A DNA stretch of 64,000 bases from Candidatus Limnocylindria bacterium (GCA_050692055.1 JBOGTC010000075.1:4438-68437), one strand, 5' to 3'. Shown: positions 28,685 to 38,464, counted from the first letter of the stretch. Notes: a model not told the origin generated them from the letters alone. Translations and numbers: made by a program.

Positions 28685-29304
28685 CAGTGCACGCGTCCTC
28701 TCGACAGTAGTGTGGGATTGGTCGGTCCGGCGGGTTCGCCGGCGAGGAAGCGGGCGACCTCGGACGCCGCCCGCGGGACGTCCATTCCGGCATCGCGCAG
28801 CGACCGCCAGGATCCGAACGAGGTGAGCGCCGTTCCGATGGCGACCGAAGCAGCGTCGGCTCGCATCTCGAGGGCCTCCGCGACGAGCGCGCGATGACGG
28901 GCATCCACGTCGCGCAACCAGGCGTCGACTTCAGGTAGGGTCCGACGGTCGACCTGCAGGTGCTCCCAGCCCGATGCCATCTGGTCCCACCAGCTGAACA
29001 GCGCCTCGGCCACACGACGGACTCGCTCGACACGGTCGCGGGCGCCGATGAGCACGGCATCGGTCGGCATCGGATAGAGGTGATCGCTCAGCTGGCCGCA
29101 GGCCCGGATGAGATCACCCATCCGCGGAAAGTGGCTCAGCACCGTGGCCGGCGAGACTCCGGCCCGGCCCGCGACATCCCGCGCGCTCGTGCGCGTGATG
29201 CCGCGCTCGTTGTGGAGGGTCAAGGTCGCCTCCACGATCCGCCGCCGTGTGGCCGCAACCGTCTCAGCCCGCCGGCCGAGCCGGTACCGCCTCCGCCTCA
29301 CCAT
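28684..29304 (-). CDS. TetR/AcrR-family transcriptional regulator
   Basis: N-terminal TetR HTH (IVEATLTLHNERGITRTSARDVAGRAGVSPATVLSHF). Confidence 0.8.
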   Translation of the reverse strand: MVRRRRYRLGRRAETVAATRRRIVEATLTLHNERGITRTSARDVAGRAGVSPATVLSHFPRMGDLIRACGQLSDHLYPMPTDAVLIGARDRVERVRRVAEALFSWWDQMASGWEHLQVDRRTLPEVDAWLRDVDARHRALVAEALEMRADAASVAIGTALTSFGSWRSLRDAGMDVPRAASEVARFLAGEPAGPTNPTLLSRGRVH

Positions 29305-29308
29305 TTAG

Positions 29309-29325
29309 CTGAACGCATCGTTCAG
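29309..29325. promoter_or_regulatory. Perfect 17-bp palindrome CTGAACG-CAT-CGTTCAG immediately upstream of the TetR gene (candidate TetR operator)
   Basis: Seen directly 5 bp from the TetR start codon, in the divergent region towards the 29481 membrane-protein gene. Confidence 0.55.
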
Positions 29326-29480
29326 TCAATATACTAGAGGCGTCAATCCCGCAGGAGGATCAGCTCGGGCCCTCTTCTCGCCAGCCGTCCACGATGGATT
29401 CACATTTCCCGCTCAATGCAATCGCAGGCTGCGCTTCATCGGTCCGAGCGACGGACCCGGGAGATGAAAGGAGCTTGCAA

Positions 29481-29903
29481 GTGAGAGCGTTCTTCGGCGT
29501 GCTGGCCGCCCTGCTGCTGGTGGGGGTGCTCATCGGCATCGGTACCGCGATCTACAACCAGGGCGTGACGGCCGGCCTCACCGCGGCCGCGGCGTCAGGC
29601 GAAGCCGTAGCCGTGGACCGGTTCGCAGATCCGTACATCCACGGCCCGATCGGGTTCGGGGTGAGCCAGCTGGTCGCGCTGCTGTTCAGCGTCCTGTTGA
29701 TCGTGATCATCGTCGGGCTTGCCCGCGTGGCCTTCGGCGGCGGCCTACACGGCCCGCGGGGTCCCGGCGGCTGGGGCGATCGGCGCGATCGGATTGAGGA
29801 GTGGCATCGCGAGCTCCCATCGGCGCGAGGGCGGCGATGGCGAGCAGCGTCCGGCGGGCGCATGACCGCCGCTACGATGCCCGCACCATGGCCAAGGTCC
29901 TGA
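29481..29903 (+). CDS. Small membrane protein preceding two-component system, hypothetical
   Basis: GTG after AAAGGAGC. 2 TM helices. 3' end overlaps response-regulator start. Confidence 0.4.
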   Translation: MRAFFGVLAALLLVGVLIGIGTAIYNQGVTAGLTAAAASGEAVAVDRFADPYIHGPIGFGVSQLVALLFSVLLIVIIVGLARVAFGGGLHGPRGPGGWGDRRDRIEEWHRELPSARGRRWRAASGGRMTAATMPAPWPRS

Positions 29904-30562
29904 TCGTCGACGACGAGCCGAAGATCGTTCGGCTCGTCGCCGATTACTTCGAGGCGGCGGGCTTCGGCGTCGCGACCGCGCGCAGCGGCGACGAGGCGCT
30001 CATGCGCGTCCGGACCGACGCGCCCGATATCGTCGTCCTCGACCTCGGGCTGCCGGGCATCGACGGGCTCGATGTGACGCGGACGCTGCGCCGCAACGGC
30101 GAGCTGCCGATCATCATGCTCACCGCCCGCGACGACGAGACGGACCGGATCATCGGCCTCGAGCTCGGCGCGGACGACTACGTCACCAAGCCCTTCAGCC
30201 CGCGCGAGCTCGTGGCGCGTGTGCGTGCGGTCCTCCGCAGGCACGCCGCAACGGGCAAGGCCGACCTCGTCCGTGCGGGAGACCTCACCCTCGACCTGCC
30301 GCGCATGCGCGTGACGCGTGGGGACGAGCCAATCGAGCTGACCGCAACCGAGTTCGCGCTGCTGGCTGCGATGGCTCGCCAGCCCGGCCGGGTCTTCACC
30401 AGGTCGCAGCTGCTCGACGCGATCCACGGGGTCGCCTTCGAGTCGTACGAGCGCGCCATCGACGCCCATGTCAAGAACATCCGGCGCAAGCTCGAGCCGG
30501 ATCCCCACTCGCCGCGCTACCTGCTGACGGTGTACGGGGTCGGGTACCGCCTTGCCGATTGA
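29888..30562 (+). CDS. OmpR-family response regulator
   Basis: MAKVLIVDDEPKIVRLV receiver domain with conserved Asp, C-terminal winged-helix (YLLTVYGVGYRL). Confidence 0.85.
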   Translation: MAKVLIVDDEPKIVRLVADYFEAAGFGVATARSGDEALMRVRTDAPDIVVLDLGLPGIDGLDVTRTLRRNGELPIIMLTARDDETDRIIGLELGADDYVTKPFSPRELVARVRAVLRRHAATGKADLVRAGDLTLDLPRMRVTRGDEPIELTATEFALLAAMARQPGRVFTRSQLLDAIHGVAFESYERAIDAHVKNIRRKLEPDPHSPRYLLTVYGVGYRLAD

Positions 30563-31754
30563 GGGCGAATCGCAACCGCGCCCGTCCAAGCCGCGACGTT
30601 CATCGCGGCACCGCGGCGGATGGCACCCACCGGATCCCCTGGCCCCCCGCCCACGGCCGCCCTGGTGGCCGCGCAACGAGGCGTGGCCGCCCCGCGACCA
30701 CGACGCGTGGCGCGGCGTGAGCCGCCGCTTCGTGCGCCGCATGGTCGGTTTCGCGGTGATGTTCCTCATCGTCATGTCGATCGTCATCGTCGGGGTCGCT
30801 CTGCTGGTCGGGACGATCCTTCGACAGGACATCGTCTCGTCGATCCTCCCCGCGATCGCGATCCTGATCGGACTCTTCATCGTGACCCGCATCGGTCGCG
30901 GACTCCGCGGCGCGGCGGCGCCGCTGGGCGACCTGATCGAGGCATCGGCAAAGGTCGAGGCCGGTGAGGTCGGCGCGCGGGTAGATGTGCGCGGCCCACG
31001 CGAGATCCGCGCCCTGGCGCGCGCGTTCAACGCCATGAGCGCCCGCCTGGCAGTGGACACCGACCAGCGCCGGCGCTTCCTCGCCGACGTGAGCCACGAG
31101 CTGCGAACGCCGCTCACCGTCATCCAGGGCAGCGTTGAGGGAATGCTCGACGGCCTCTATCCGGCGGACCGGCCTCGGCTCGAGCGCCTTCTCGCGGAGA
31201 CGCACCATCTCGAGCGGCTGATCGACGACCTGCGCACCCTCTCCCTGACCGATGCGGGCGCCCTCGAGCTCCACCGGGACGTCGTCGATGTCGGCGCGCT
31301 GGCGGCCGATGTCGTGGCCGGGTTCCAGCCGCAGGCCGCAGCCGAGGGCGTGATCCTCAGCGCTGAAACGGCCGGCGTGCCATCGCTCTCGCTCGACGCG
31401 CGGCGCGTGCGCCAGGTCATCGGCAACCTGCTCTCGAACGCGCTACGGCATACCGACACCGGCGGCAAGGTCACGGTCCGTGTGCGGCGCCTCGGCGACG
31501 CGGTCGAGCTGGAGGTGGCCGATACCGGAGCCGGCATGGATGCGGAGTCGGCCGCCCGCGCCTTCGATCGCTTCTGGCGGTCCGGCGACACGGCTGGCGC
31601 GGGGCTCGGCCTGGCAATCGTGCGGGACCTGATGCGCGCCCACGGCGGCGAGGTGACGCTCGAGAGCGCGCCCGGAGCCGGCACCGTCGTCCGCTGTCGC
31701 TTCCCGCTGTCGAGCGAGTCCGCATCGGCGCAGGAAGGCGATCCCGCCGGCTGA
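30552..31754 (+). CDS. Sensor histidine kinase (HisKA + HATPase_c)
   Basis: TM helices, HAMP-like region, H-box LADVSHELRTPLT, G-boxes. Start uncertain (TTG at 30552 or downstream Met). Confidence 0.8.
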   Translation: MPIEGESQPRPSKPRRSSRHRGGWHPPDPLAPRPRPPWWPRNEAWPPRDHDAWRGVSRRFVRRMVGFAVMFLIVMSIVIVGVALLVGTILRQDIVSSILPAIAILIGLFIVTRIGRGLRGAAAPLGDLIEASAKVEAGEVGARVDVRGPREIRALARAFNAMSARLAVDTDQRRRFLADVSHELRTPLTVIQGSVEGMLDGLYPADRPRLERLLAETHHLERLIDDLRTLSLTDAGALELHRDVVDVGALAADVVAGFQPQAAAEGVILSAETAGVPSLSLDARRVRQVIGNLLSNALRHTDTGGKVTVRVRRLGDAVELEVADTGAGMDAESAARAFDRFWRSGDTAGAGLGLAIVRDLMRAHGGEVTLESAPGAGTVVRCRFPLSSESASAQEGDPAG

Positions 31755-31844
31755 GGACCTCGTCAGCCGTCCATCACAGATGCACAATTCGCGCTCATTT
31801 GGTGTCCACGCTGGCTCCAATTCCGCCGCATCACGAGGAGCACG

Positions 31845-31990
31845 ATGAGAGCGATCGTCCAGCCCGGCTACGACTCGCCCGACGTCATCGAGCTTCGCGA
31901 GATCGACAAGCCGCCCGTCGGCCCAACGACGTGACGGTGCGGGTACGCACGGCGTCGATCAACCGCGCCGACCTCGACTACTACGCACCT
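31845..31990 (+). pseudogene. Remnant of an MDR-family (zinc-type alcohol dehydrogenase/quinone oxidoreductase) gene: N-terminal ~48 codons with a 1-nt frameshift
   Basis: ATG after GAGGAG. MRAIVQPGYDSPDVIELREIDKPPVGP then, after a -1 shift, NDVTVRVRTASINRADLDYY. Clear paralogy to the N-terminus of the intact gene at 36472 (MKAIVRDRYGSPDVVEVHEVDKPVLGADDVLVRVRASSLNAADLDFVYG). No further homology. The aminotransferase gene starts at 32025. Confidence 0.55.
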
Positions 31991-32024
31991 TGCCGGATCA
32001 GCGCCGATCAACGATGCTCGCCGC

Positions 32025-33218
32025 ATGACGACCTCCGCGCCCCTCTCGCAGCGCATTCGCGACAGCATCGCCCCGTTCCTGACGTTCTTCGGCGGACCCT
32101 TCGATCAGCTGAACAAGCAGCCGGACGTGGCGAACTTCGCGGTCGGCAACCCGCAGGAGATGCCGCTCGCCGCGTACGTCGAGACGCTGCAGCGGTACGT
32201 CGTCCCGCAGGACAAGGACTGGTTCGCCTACAAGTTGTCCGAGCCGGCATCGCAGCGCACCGTCGCCGCCTCCTTGAGCGAGCGGACCGGCCTGGCATGG
32301 GATCCGGAGGACGTGGCGATGACGAACGGGGGCTTCGCCGCGCTCGCCGTCTCGCTGCGTGCGCTCGTCCGACCGGGCGACGAGGTGCTCTTCCTCTCGC
32401 CGCCATGGTTCTTCTACGAGATATTGATCCTCGTCGCCGGCGGCGAACCCGTCCGCCTCAAGCTCGAACCGCCCGCCTTCGACCTCGACGTCGACCGCAT
32501 CGCGGCAGCCATCACGCCGCGGACCCGCGTCGTCCTCGTGAACAGCCCGCACAACCCCACCGGACGCGTCTTCACGCAGGAGTCCTTCGATGCCCTCGCA
32601 TCGGCGCTGACCGATGTCTCCGGTCGCATCGGCCATCCGATCTGGCTCCTGTCGGACGAGCCGTACAACCGCATCGTCTTCGACGGACGCGCCGCGCGCA
32701 GTCCCGCGGAGGTCTACCCGCACACCGTGATCACCTACTCGTACGGGAAGCAGCTGCTGGCGCCGGGCATGCGCATCGGCTACATCGCCGTGCCGCCCAC
32801 CTGCCCCGAGCGTGCCGAGCTGCGCGACGCGTTCTTCGTGCAGCAGATCGCGACCGGCTACTCGTGGCCGAACGCGCTGCTCCAGCACGCCCTGGCCGAT
32901 CTCGAGCAGCTGTCCGTCGACATCGGGGCGCTCCAGCGACGCCGGGACCGCCTGGTGCCGGCGCTGCGCGAGATGGGCTACGAGGCCTCGATGCCGGAGG
33001 GCACCTTCTACACCATGGCCCGCTCCCCCATCGACGACGACATTGCCTTCGCCGATGTCCTCGCGCGCCACCGCGTGCTCGTCCTCCCGGGCACGATCGT
33101 GGAGGTGCCAGGCTGGTTCCGGGTCAGCCTCACCGCTTCGGATGAGATGGTCGAAGCCGGCATCCCCCGCTTCGCCGCCGCCCGCCGGCAGGTGGCCGGG
33201 ACGGCCCCGCGTGCGTGA
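32025..33218 (+). CDS. Class I/II pyridoxal-phosphate-dependent aminotransferase
   Basis: 397 aa. NSPHNPTG, YGKQLLAPGMRIGY (Lys) motifs. Confidence 0.8.
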   Translation: MTTSAPLSQRIRDSIAPFLTFFGGPFDQLNKQPDVANFAVGNPQEMPLAAYVETLQRYVVPQDKDWFAYKLSEPASQRTVAASLSERTGLAWDPEDVAMTNGGFAALAVSLRALVRPGDEVLFLSPPWFFYEILILVAGGEPVRLKLEPPAFDLDVDRIAAAITPRTRVVLVNSPHNPTGRVFTQESFDALASALTDVSGRIGHPIWLLSDEPYNRIVFDGRAARSPAEVYPHTVITYSYGKQLLAPGMRIGYIAVPPTCPERAELRDAFFVQQIATGYSWPNALLQHALADLEQLSVDIGALQRRRDRLVPALREMGYEASMPEGTFYTMARSPIDDDIAFADVLARHRVLVLPGTIVEVPGWFRVSLTASDEMVEAGIPRFAAARRQVAGTAPRA

Positions 33219-33228
33219 GCTCGACGGC

Positions 33229-33579
33229 ATGCGGATCATCGGGCCGGCCGACGGCGAGGCCAGCCCCGGCCCCAGATCGACGCTGCGAGAGCTGATCTCG
33301 GCGCGCGATACGGCGGGGCGATGGAGGCTCGGCGAGGTGACCTCCGACCCCGACGAGAGCGTCGCCACGCACTTCCACCCGGGCGAGCCGGAGGCGCTCA
33401 TCGTGCTCGAGGGCGAGTCGGAGCTGCACGGCGCGCAGGGGGTGGCGCACCTTGGACCCGGTGACGTGGTCTTCATTCCGCCCGACACCGAGCACGGACT
33501 GCGGACGCCCGAGGGCGGCCGGTGGCTTGCGCTGTGGCCCATCGGCGAACGAGTACCCGGGACGCGGTACACCGGCTGA
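33229..33579 (+). CDS. Cupin-domain protein
   Basis: Part of ORF 32812..33579. HFHPGEPEALIVLEGESELHG...GDVVFIPPDTEHGL cupin motifs. Start ATG 33229 or GTG 33211. Confidence 0.55.
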   Translation: MRIIGPADGEASPGPRSTLRELISARDTAGRWRLGEVTSDPDESVATHFHPGEPEALIVLEGESELHGAQGVAHLGPGDVVFIPPDTEHGLRTPEGGRWLALWPIGERVPGTRYTG

Positions 33580-33721
33580 GCCGCCGCAGACTTCGATCGA
33601 CCAGCCGCCCATCACCCAACCGGATCGCGGAGAACCGAGGGGCCTCGCCAGGAGCAGTTCTTCCCCGATGGCGTAAAGTCGATAACGTCCAATACCCGAG
33701 GAGACCGCGACATGGGCGACA

Positions 33722-33799
33722 AGGGACCTGGCTCGAAGAGCAAGGACAAGAAGAAGAAGGGCGCCAAGTCCGGCAACAAGAAGAAGTAGCGCGCTCGGC
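33722..33799 (+). CDS. 25-aa Lys-rich micro-ORF (MGDKGPGSKSKDKKKKGAKSGNKKK)
   Basis: ATG after GAGGAG RBS in an AT-richer intergenic patch. Very basic, ribosomal-protein-like composition. Below ORF-track size cutoff. Confidence 0.25.
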
Positions 33800-33806
33800 C
33801 GGTCAG

Positions 33807-34544
33807 CTAGATTGCCGGCTTCTCCCAGACCGATACGTGCCCGCGGCTGTCGCTGGTAAACGGCTCGCGTTTCCAGCCTGACCAACGCTCGCGCAACCGC
33901 ATGCCGGCGAGCTCAGCCATCAGGTCGAGCTCTGCGGGCCACGCGTAGCGGAAGGGAATCGAGCTGCGCTCGAGTCGTCCGTCGACGACTTCGAAGTGAT
34001 GTGAGGTCAGGCCCTGCGTCGCGACGTCGTACTCATCGATCCCCCACCGGGTCTCGCTGACGTGGAAGGCCTGGAACGTCTCGCCCGGTGGAAGGCGCTG
34101 GAGATCGGGCACGCCGACCTCGATGACGAAGCAGCCGCCGGGCTCGAGGTGCGCCGCCACGTTGCAGAAGCACGCGACCTGGGCGTCCTGCGTCGTCAGG
34201 TTCATGATGGTGTTGAAGACCAGGTAGGCGACCGAGAACGGGCCGTCAACCTTCGTCGTCGCGAAGTCGCCGATCGTCACGCTGATCTCCTCAGCACCTG
34301 GCTTCGCGCGCAGCCGCTCGACCATCGCCTTCGACAGGTCGATCCCGTGCACCGGCACCCCACGCCGCGCGAGCGGAAGCGCGATGCGGCCCGTCCCGAT
34401 CCCGAGCTCGAGCGCGCGTCCGCTTCCGGCAAGCTCTACGAGGAAGTCGACGACCGGCTCCACCACGGCCGGATCGAACATCTCCGCAGAGGTTTCGTCA
34501 TACCTCGCGGCGACGCGCTCACCGAAGTAGCCGTCGTCATCCAC
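33807..34544 (-). CDS. Class I SAM-dependent methyltransferase
   Basis: LELGIGTGRIALPLARRG motif I, 245 aa. Confidence 0.8.
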   Translation of the reverse strand: MDDDGYFGERVAARYDETSAEMFDPAVVEPVVDFLVELAGSGRALELGIGTGRIALPLARRGVPVHGIDLSKAMVERLRAKPGAEEISVTIGDFATTKVDGPFSVAYLVFNTIMNLTTQDAQVACFCNVAAHLEPGGCFVIEVGVPDLQRLPPGETFQAFHVSETRWGIDEYDVATQGLTSHHFEVVDGRLERSSIPFRYAWPAELDLMAELAGMRLRERWSGWKREPFTSDSRGHVSVWEKPAI

Positions 34545-34626
34545 GGGTTGAGTCTATCGCCACGTCGCGTCACGCTTCGACATGGCCCGTTGTGCGGGAT
34601 CGTCACTGCGGCGATACTGCGCGAGC

Positions 34627-35127
34627 ATGGAGATCCGCGACCTGCTTCCCGGGATCATCGGCTCATTCGTAGGCGTGACCGGCTGGCTCATGGTCGGCCT
34701 CTACATCCAGCGCCGCCAGTTCATGCGGCAGGCACGCAACGCGGCCAAGGCTGTCTACTTCGAGCCTGACGTCAATCTCGCGGCGATTACCGTCGCGCGT
34801 GATCACGGCCTCTTCGCCGATCTCGACCGCTCCTCGTTCGAGCGCCTCCTGCCGGAGCTGGCCACGCTCCTCGCGGCAGGCGACCTGAAGACGGTCGTCG
34901 ACGCCTACATGACCCACGCCGGCTACCGGCAGCTGGCCTCGCGCGAGGATCTTCCCCCCGACGTTCGTCGGGTGGCGCTCACCGCGTTCGTCAACGCGCA
35001 TGGGTGGGCGCTCGCGACCCTGCGCTCGTGCGCCTTTACCGACCGCGAGGTGCGCGCGATTCCCGCGCAGGATGAGGCGGATGCGCACCCCTCCGGCCGC
35101 GATGCGGCCGCGAGGGGGAGACCGTGA
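34627..35127 (+). CDS. Hypothetical protein (one N-terminal TM)
   Basis: Internal ATG of ORF 34582..35127. No family recognised. Confidence 0.35.
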   Translation: MEIRDLLPGIIGSFVGVTGWLMVGLYIQRRQFMRQARNAAKAVYFEPDVNLAAITVARDHGLFADLDRSSFERLLPELATLLAAGDLKTVVDAYMTHAGYRQLASREDLPPDVRRVALTAFVNAHGWALATLRSCAFTDREVRAIPAQDEADAHPSGRDAAARGRP

Positions 35128-35561
35128 CCGATGTCGACCATCGGCTGCTGCTGACGGGCCTCGCCGGAGTCATCAACCGCCATGACTGGGCTGGTTTGAC
35201 CGACTACTTCCACCCGGATGCCATCCTGGAGTATCCGCAGTCCAAGGAGCGATTTCGTGGCCTGGGCAACATTCGGGCACAGTTCGAGAACTACCCCGGC
35301 CTGGAGCCCGGCTCGTCCGAGCTCGACGAGGTCATCGGCGGCACAACCTACGCCTTGACGCAGATGTACACGGTCATCGGCATCGAGGGCAGCGGCGACC
35401 GCGGGACCGCCATCATCCGCGTCGGCTACCCGGATGGCAGCCGATGGTGGGCCGTCAACATCTACGAGGTGCGCGACGGACGCATCGCTCGTTCGCGAAC
35501 TTTCTTCGCGCCCGAGTTCGAGCCGCCCGACTGGCGCGCCCCGTTCCGCGACGAAGGCTAG
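35124..35561 (+). CDS. NTF2-like/SnoaL-like (ketosteroid isomerase fold) protein
   Basis: 145 aa. GTG start overlapping upstream stop. Confidence 0.55.
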   Translation: MTDVDHRLLLTGLAGVINRHDWAGLTDYFHPDAILEYPQSKERFRGLGNIRAQFENYPGLEPGSSELDEVIGGTTYALTQMYTVIGIEGSGDRGTAIIRVGYPDGSRWWAVNIYEVRDGRIARSRTFFAPEFEPPDWRAPFRDEG

Positions 35562-35663
35562 GCACCGTCGAGCGACGCGGTCACGGTCACGGAGCCGGCA
35601 TCGAATAGGGCGTGGAGACGCCAGCGGTGAGAGTCGACCGACCCGGATCGAGGAGGAGCCGCG

Positions 35664-36467
35664 GTGGAACCGATCGAGCGGCCGACGCCGACGGAGGCAG
35701 ACGAGCGCTGGGCACAGATGCTCCTCGACAATCCGCGAGGACGACGCAATCGCCGATTCCATCGTCGGATCCCGAGCCCACCGCGATGCAGGCTGTGCGC
35801 TGCTCCTTTCGGCATCCCGGGTGGGCTGGTCATGCCCATCCTCGGCCACGGGCGGTGGTCGAAGAATCCCAAGTACTGCGCCGGCTGCTTTCGGATGCTG
35901 GAGCGGAACCACGGCGGCGCGGAGATAGCGTGCTCGCTCCTCTTCGCCGATGTGCGCGGCTCGACACGGCTCGCGGAGCGAATGAGCCCGCGGGAGTTCA
36001 ACCGTCTCATGGGTCGCTTCCACGACATGGCGTTCGATGTCCTGGTCGACCACGACGCGTTCGTCGACAAGTTCGTGGGCGACGAGATCATCGGGATCTT
36101 CGTCCCGGCCATGGCCGGCGCCTCCCACGGGCACAAGGCCATCGAAGCGGCGCGCGATCTTCTGCGGCGGACGTCCGGGACGGATCCGTCGAAGCCATGG
36201 ATGCCCATCGGCATCGGCGTGAGCACGGGCGTGGCGTATGTCGGTTCGGTCGGCCAGGGGCCGGATACCAACCTGACCGCCATGGGCGATCTCGTGAACA
36301 CGACCGCTCGTCTCGCATCGGCTGCCGCCGCCGGCGAAGTCCTCGTCATGGTGTCATCGGAGACGCGCGATCTGCTCGACGGCCTCGAGCGCCGAACGCT
36401 GGCGTTGAAGGGAAAGAGCACACCCACCGAGGTTGCCGTGATCACGTCCACGGGAAAGGAGCGATGA
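35664..36467 (+). CDS. Class III adenylate/guanylate cyclase domain protein with N-terminal Cys4 zinc-ribbon-like segment
   Basis: GTG after GGAGGAG. CRLC...CAGC then LLFADVRGSTRL...FVGDEIIGIF cyclase homology domain. Confidence 0.7.
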   Translation: MEPIERPTPTEADERWAQMLLDNPRGRRNRRFHRRIPSPPRCRLCAAPFGIPGGLVMPILGHGRWSKNPKYCAGCFRMLERNHGGAEIACSLLFADVRGSTRLAERMSPREFNRLMGRFHDMAFDVLVDHDAFVDKFVGDEIIGIFVPAMAGASHGHKAIEAARDLLRRTSGTDPSKPWMPIGIGVSTGVAYVGSVGQGPDTNLTAMGDLVNTTARLASAAAAGEVLVMVSSETRDLLDGLERRTLALKGKSTPTEVAVITSTGKER

Positions 36468-36471
36468 CGGT

Positions 36472-37446
36472 GTGAAAGCGATCGTCCGCGACCGGTATGG
36501 CTCGCCCGACGTCGTCGAGGTCCACGAGGTCGACAAGCCGGTCCTCGGAGCCGACGACGTGCTGGTGCGTGTGCGCGCGTCATCCCTCAATGCGGCTGAC
36601 CTCGACTTCGTCTACGGCCGGCCGTGGGCCGCGCGCATCGGGATCGGGTTGCGCGCGCCGAGGCAGCGCGTCCTGGGCGTTGACGTTGCCGGCGAGGTCG
36701 AGGCGGTCGGCGGCAACGTGACGGAGCTCAAGCCCGGCGACGCGGTGTTCGGCGACATGTACGAGTTCGGCCAGGGGGCATTCGCCGAGTACGTATCGGC
36801 GCCGGCGCGAGCGTTCGCCCCGAAGCCGGACGGGATGACGTTCGAGGTTGCCGCGACCCTCCCGCACGCCGCCATCCTGGCCCTCCAGGGACTGCGCGGC
36901 GGCAGGTCGATCCAGGCCGGGCACCGCGTCCTGGTCAACGGCGCGTCGGGAAACGTTGGTCCATTCGCCGTGCAGATCGCGAAGACCCGCGGAGCGGAGG
37001 TGACCGGCGTCTGCAGCACCGACAAGATGGAGCTGGTGCGCTCGATCGGCGCGGACCACGTCATTGATTACACCCGCGAGGACTTCACCCGAAACGGGCA
37101 ACGGTACGACTTCATCCTCGACGTGATCGCGCGTCACTCGATCTTCGACTACCGGCGTTCACTGGCTCCCGGAGGACGCTACGTATGTGTCGGCGGCACA
37201 GGCGGCCGGCTGCTCCAGGTCCTGATCCTTGGAGCGCTCCTGTCGCTGACCGACAGCAGAAAGCTGGCTCTCATGGTGTGGTGGAAGCCGTTCAAGAGGG
37301 AAGACGTGGCAACCCTGGTCGAGCTCATCGAGGCGGGCCAGGTCACACCCGTCATCGATCGGATCTTTCCGCTGAGCCAGGTCCCCGAGGCGCTCCGGTA
37401 TCTGGACGACGGCCACGCCAGGGGAAAGGTCCTCATCACCATGTGA
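36472..37446 (+). CDS. MDR-superfamily NAD(P)H quinone oxidoreductase/zinc-type alcohol dehydrogenase
   Basis: GTG after AAAGGAGC. GxGxxG (VNGASGNVGPFAVQIA). 324 aa. Confidence 0.8.
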   Translation: MKAIVRDRYGSPDVVEVHEVDKPVLGADDVLVRVRASSLNAADLDFVYGRPWAARIGIGLRAPRQRVLGVDVAGEVEAVGGNVTELKPGDAVFGDMYEFGQGAFAEYVSAPARAFAPKPDGMTFEVAATLPHAAILALQGLRGGRSIQAGHRVLVNGASGNVGPFAVQIAKTRGAEVTGVCSTDKMELVRSIGADHVIDYTREDFTRNGQRYDFILDVIARHSIFDYRRSLAPGGRYVCVGGTGGRLLQVLILGALLSLTDSRKLALMVWWKPFKREDVATLVELIEAGQVTPVIDRIFPLSQVPEALRYLDDGHARGKVLITM

Positions 37447-37456
37447 GGCGATGCCG

Positions 37457-37972
37457 CTAGCCCTCGTGAGGGTCGCCCCGGAAGAAGCGGGGTGCGCTGA
37501 CGAGGAGGGCCGCGGCGCTCAGCACGGCGAGGATCGGGCCGGAGATCATCGGTGGAGGTGGAGGCTGATCGGGCTCCACGCCGGCGACGAGGTAGAAGAC
37601 CAGCGCGCCAGCTGCCCACAGCGGCAGGACCCACATCGCCCACCACGCCCAGCGCTGGTTACGGCGGAAGGCAAACACCAGGATGGCCGTCGCCAGAAGA
37701 CCGATGCCGACCAGGCTGAAGCCGTTCGCACGCGTGAAGAAGTCAAAGAGCCGATATCCGGCAGCGCCCTCCGCCTCGATCTCCTCCGGCGTCAGGCCGG
37801 TCAGGGCCATCGGGATGGCGCGATCGGCAGCCGGGCCGACGACGACGTCCGTCACACCGAACGTCACCAGGAGAAGGGCGAACAGCAGGAGGACCCACCA
37901 TGCGTGGCGTTCGAGCCATCTCAAGAGCTGACACCTCCGGTACGGAAAGGGTGGCCGGGATTCGGCCAGCAT
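37457..37972 (-). CDS. Hypothetical membrane protein
   Basis: 4 TM helices. Probable TTG start after GGAGGTG. Confidence 0.4.
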   Translation of the reverse strand: MLAESRPPFPYRRCQLLRWLERHAWWVLLLFALLLVTFGVTDVVVGPAADRAIPMALTGLTPEEIEAEGAAGYRLFDFFTRANGFSLVGIGLLATAILVFAFRRNQRWAWWAMWVLPLWAAGALVFYLVAGVEPDQPPPPPMISGPILAVLSAAALLVSAPRFFRGDPHEG

Positions 37973-38011
37973 AGGGCGCGGTGTCGGCCGCGGAAGAGGA
38001 CTGATGCGTCA

Positions 38012-38464
38012 CTACCTGAAAGTGATCCTCGACGTGCCGTGCTCCTTCATCCACTTGGCGACGGCGCGTGGACCGGCACCCGACAGCCACGCGCCCTCGA
38101 CGAAACCGGCCAGCTCGTCCCGGCTCAGTTCGCCAATCCGCGAACCACGGAGCAGCACCGACGGGTGGCCGTCGAAGTGGGATGTCGTGAAGAACGGCAG
38201 GGACGCATCGGCCAGGATGGCTTCCTTCTCGAGCTCCGATGCCACCCAGAACACGATGACGTCGGTGTATCGCTCGCCCGTGTCGGGGTCGACCGCGTCC
38301 GGACGCGGGTTACGGAAGAACAGGAAGCTGCGACGGCTGACCTGGTAGACCGTCGGGCCACCGCCGGCCAGGGTCACGCCCGGCAGTGCACGCGCGATCT
38401 CGTGGATGTCGTCCACGGTCGCTGGACGCAAACCATCGGCGGCAGTCGCTCGGCGTCGGCCCAT
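38012..38464 (-). CDS. MmcQ/YjbR-family DNA-binding protein
   Basis: 150 aa. Resembles YjbR/MmcQ family (memory-based). Confidence 0.5.
   Translation of the reverse strand: MGRRRATAADGLRPATVDDIHEIARALPGVTLAGGGPTVYQVSRRSFLFFRNPRPDAVDPDTGERYTDVIVFWVASELEKEAILADASLPFFTTSHFDGHPSVLLRGSRIGELSRDELAGFVEGAWLSGAGPRAVAKWMKEHGTSRITFR

Noticed and set aside
31799-33145. 448-aa + strand ORF and 31998..33572 minus-strand ORF
   Set aside because: Alternate frame/antisense of the aminotransferase. Arg-rich junk.
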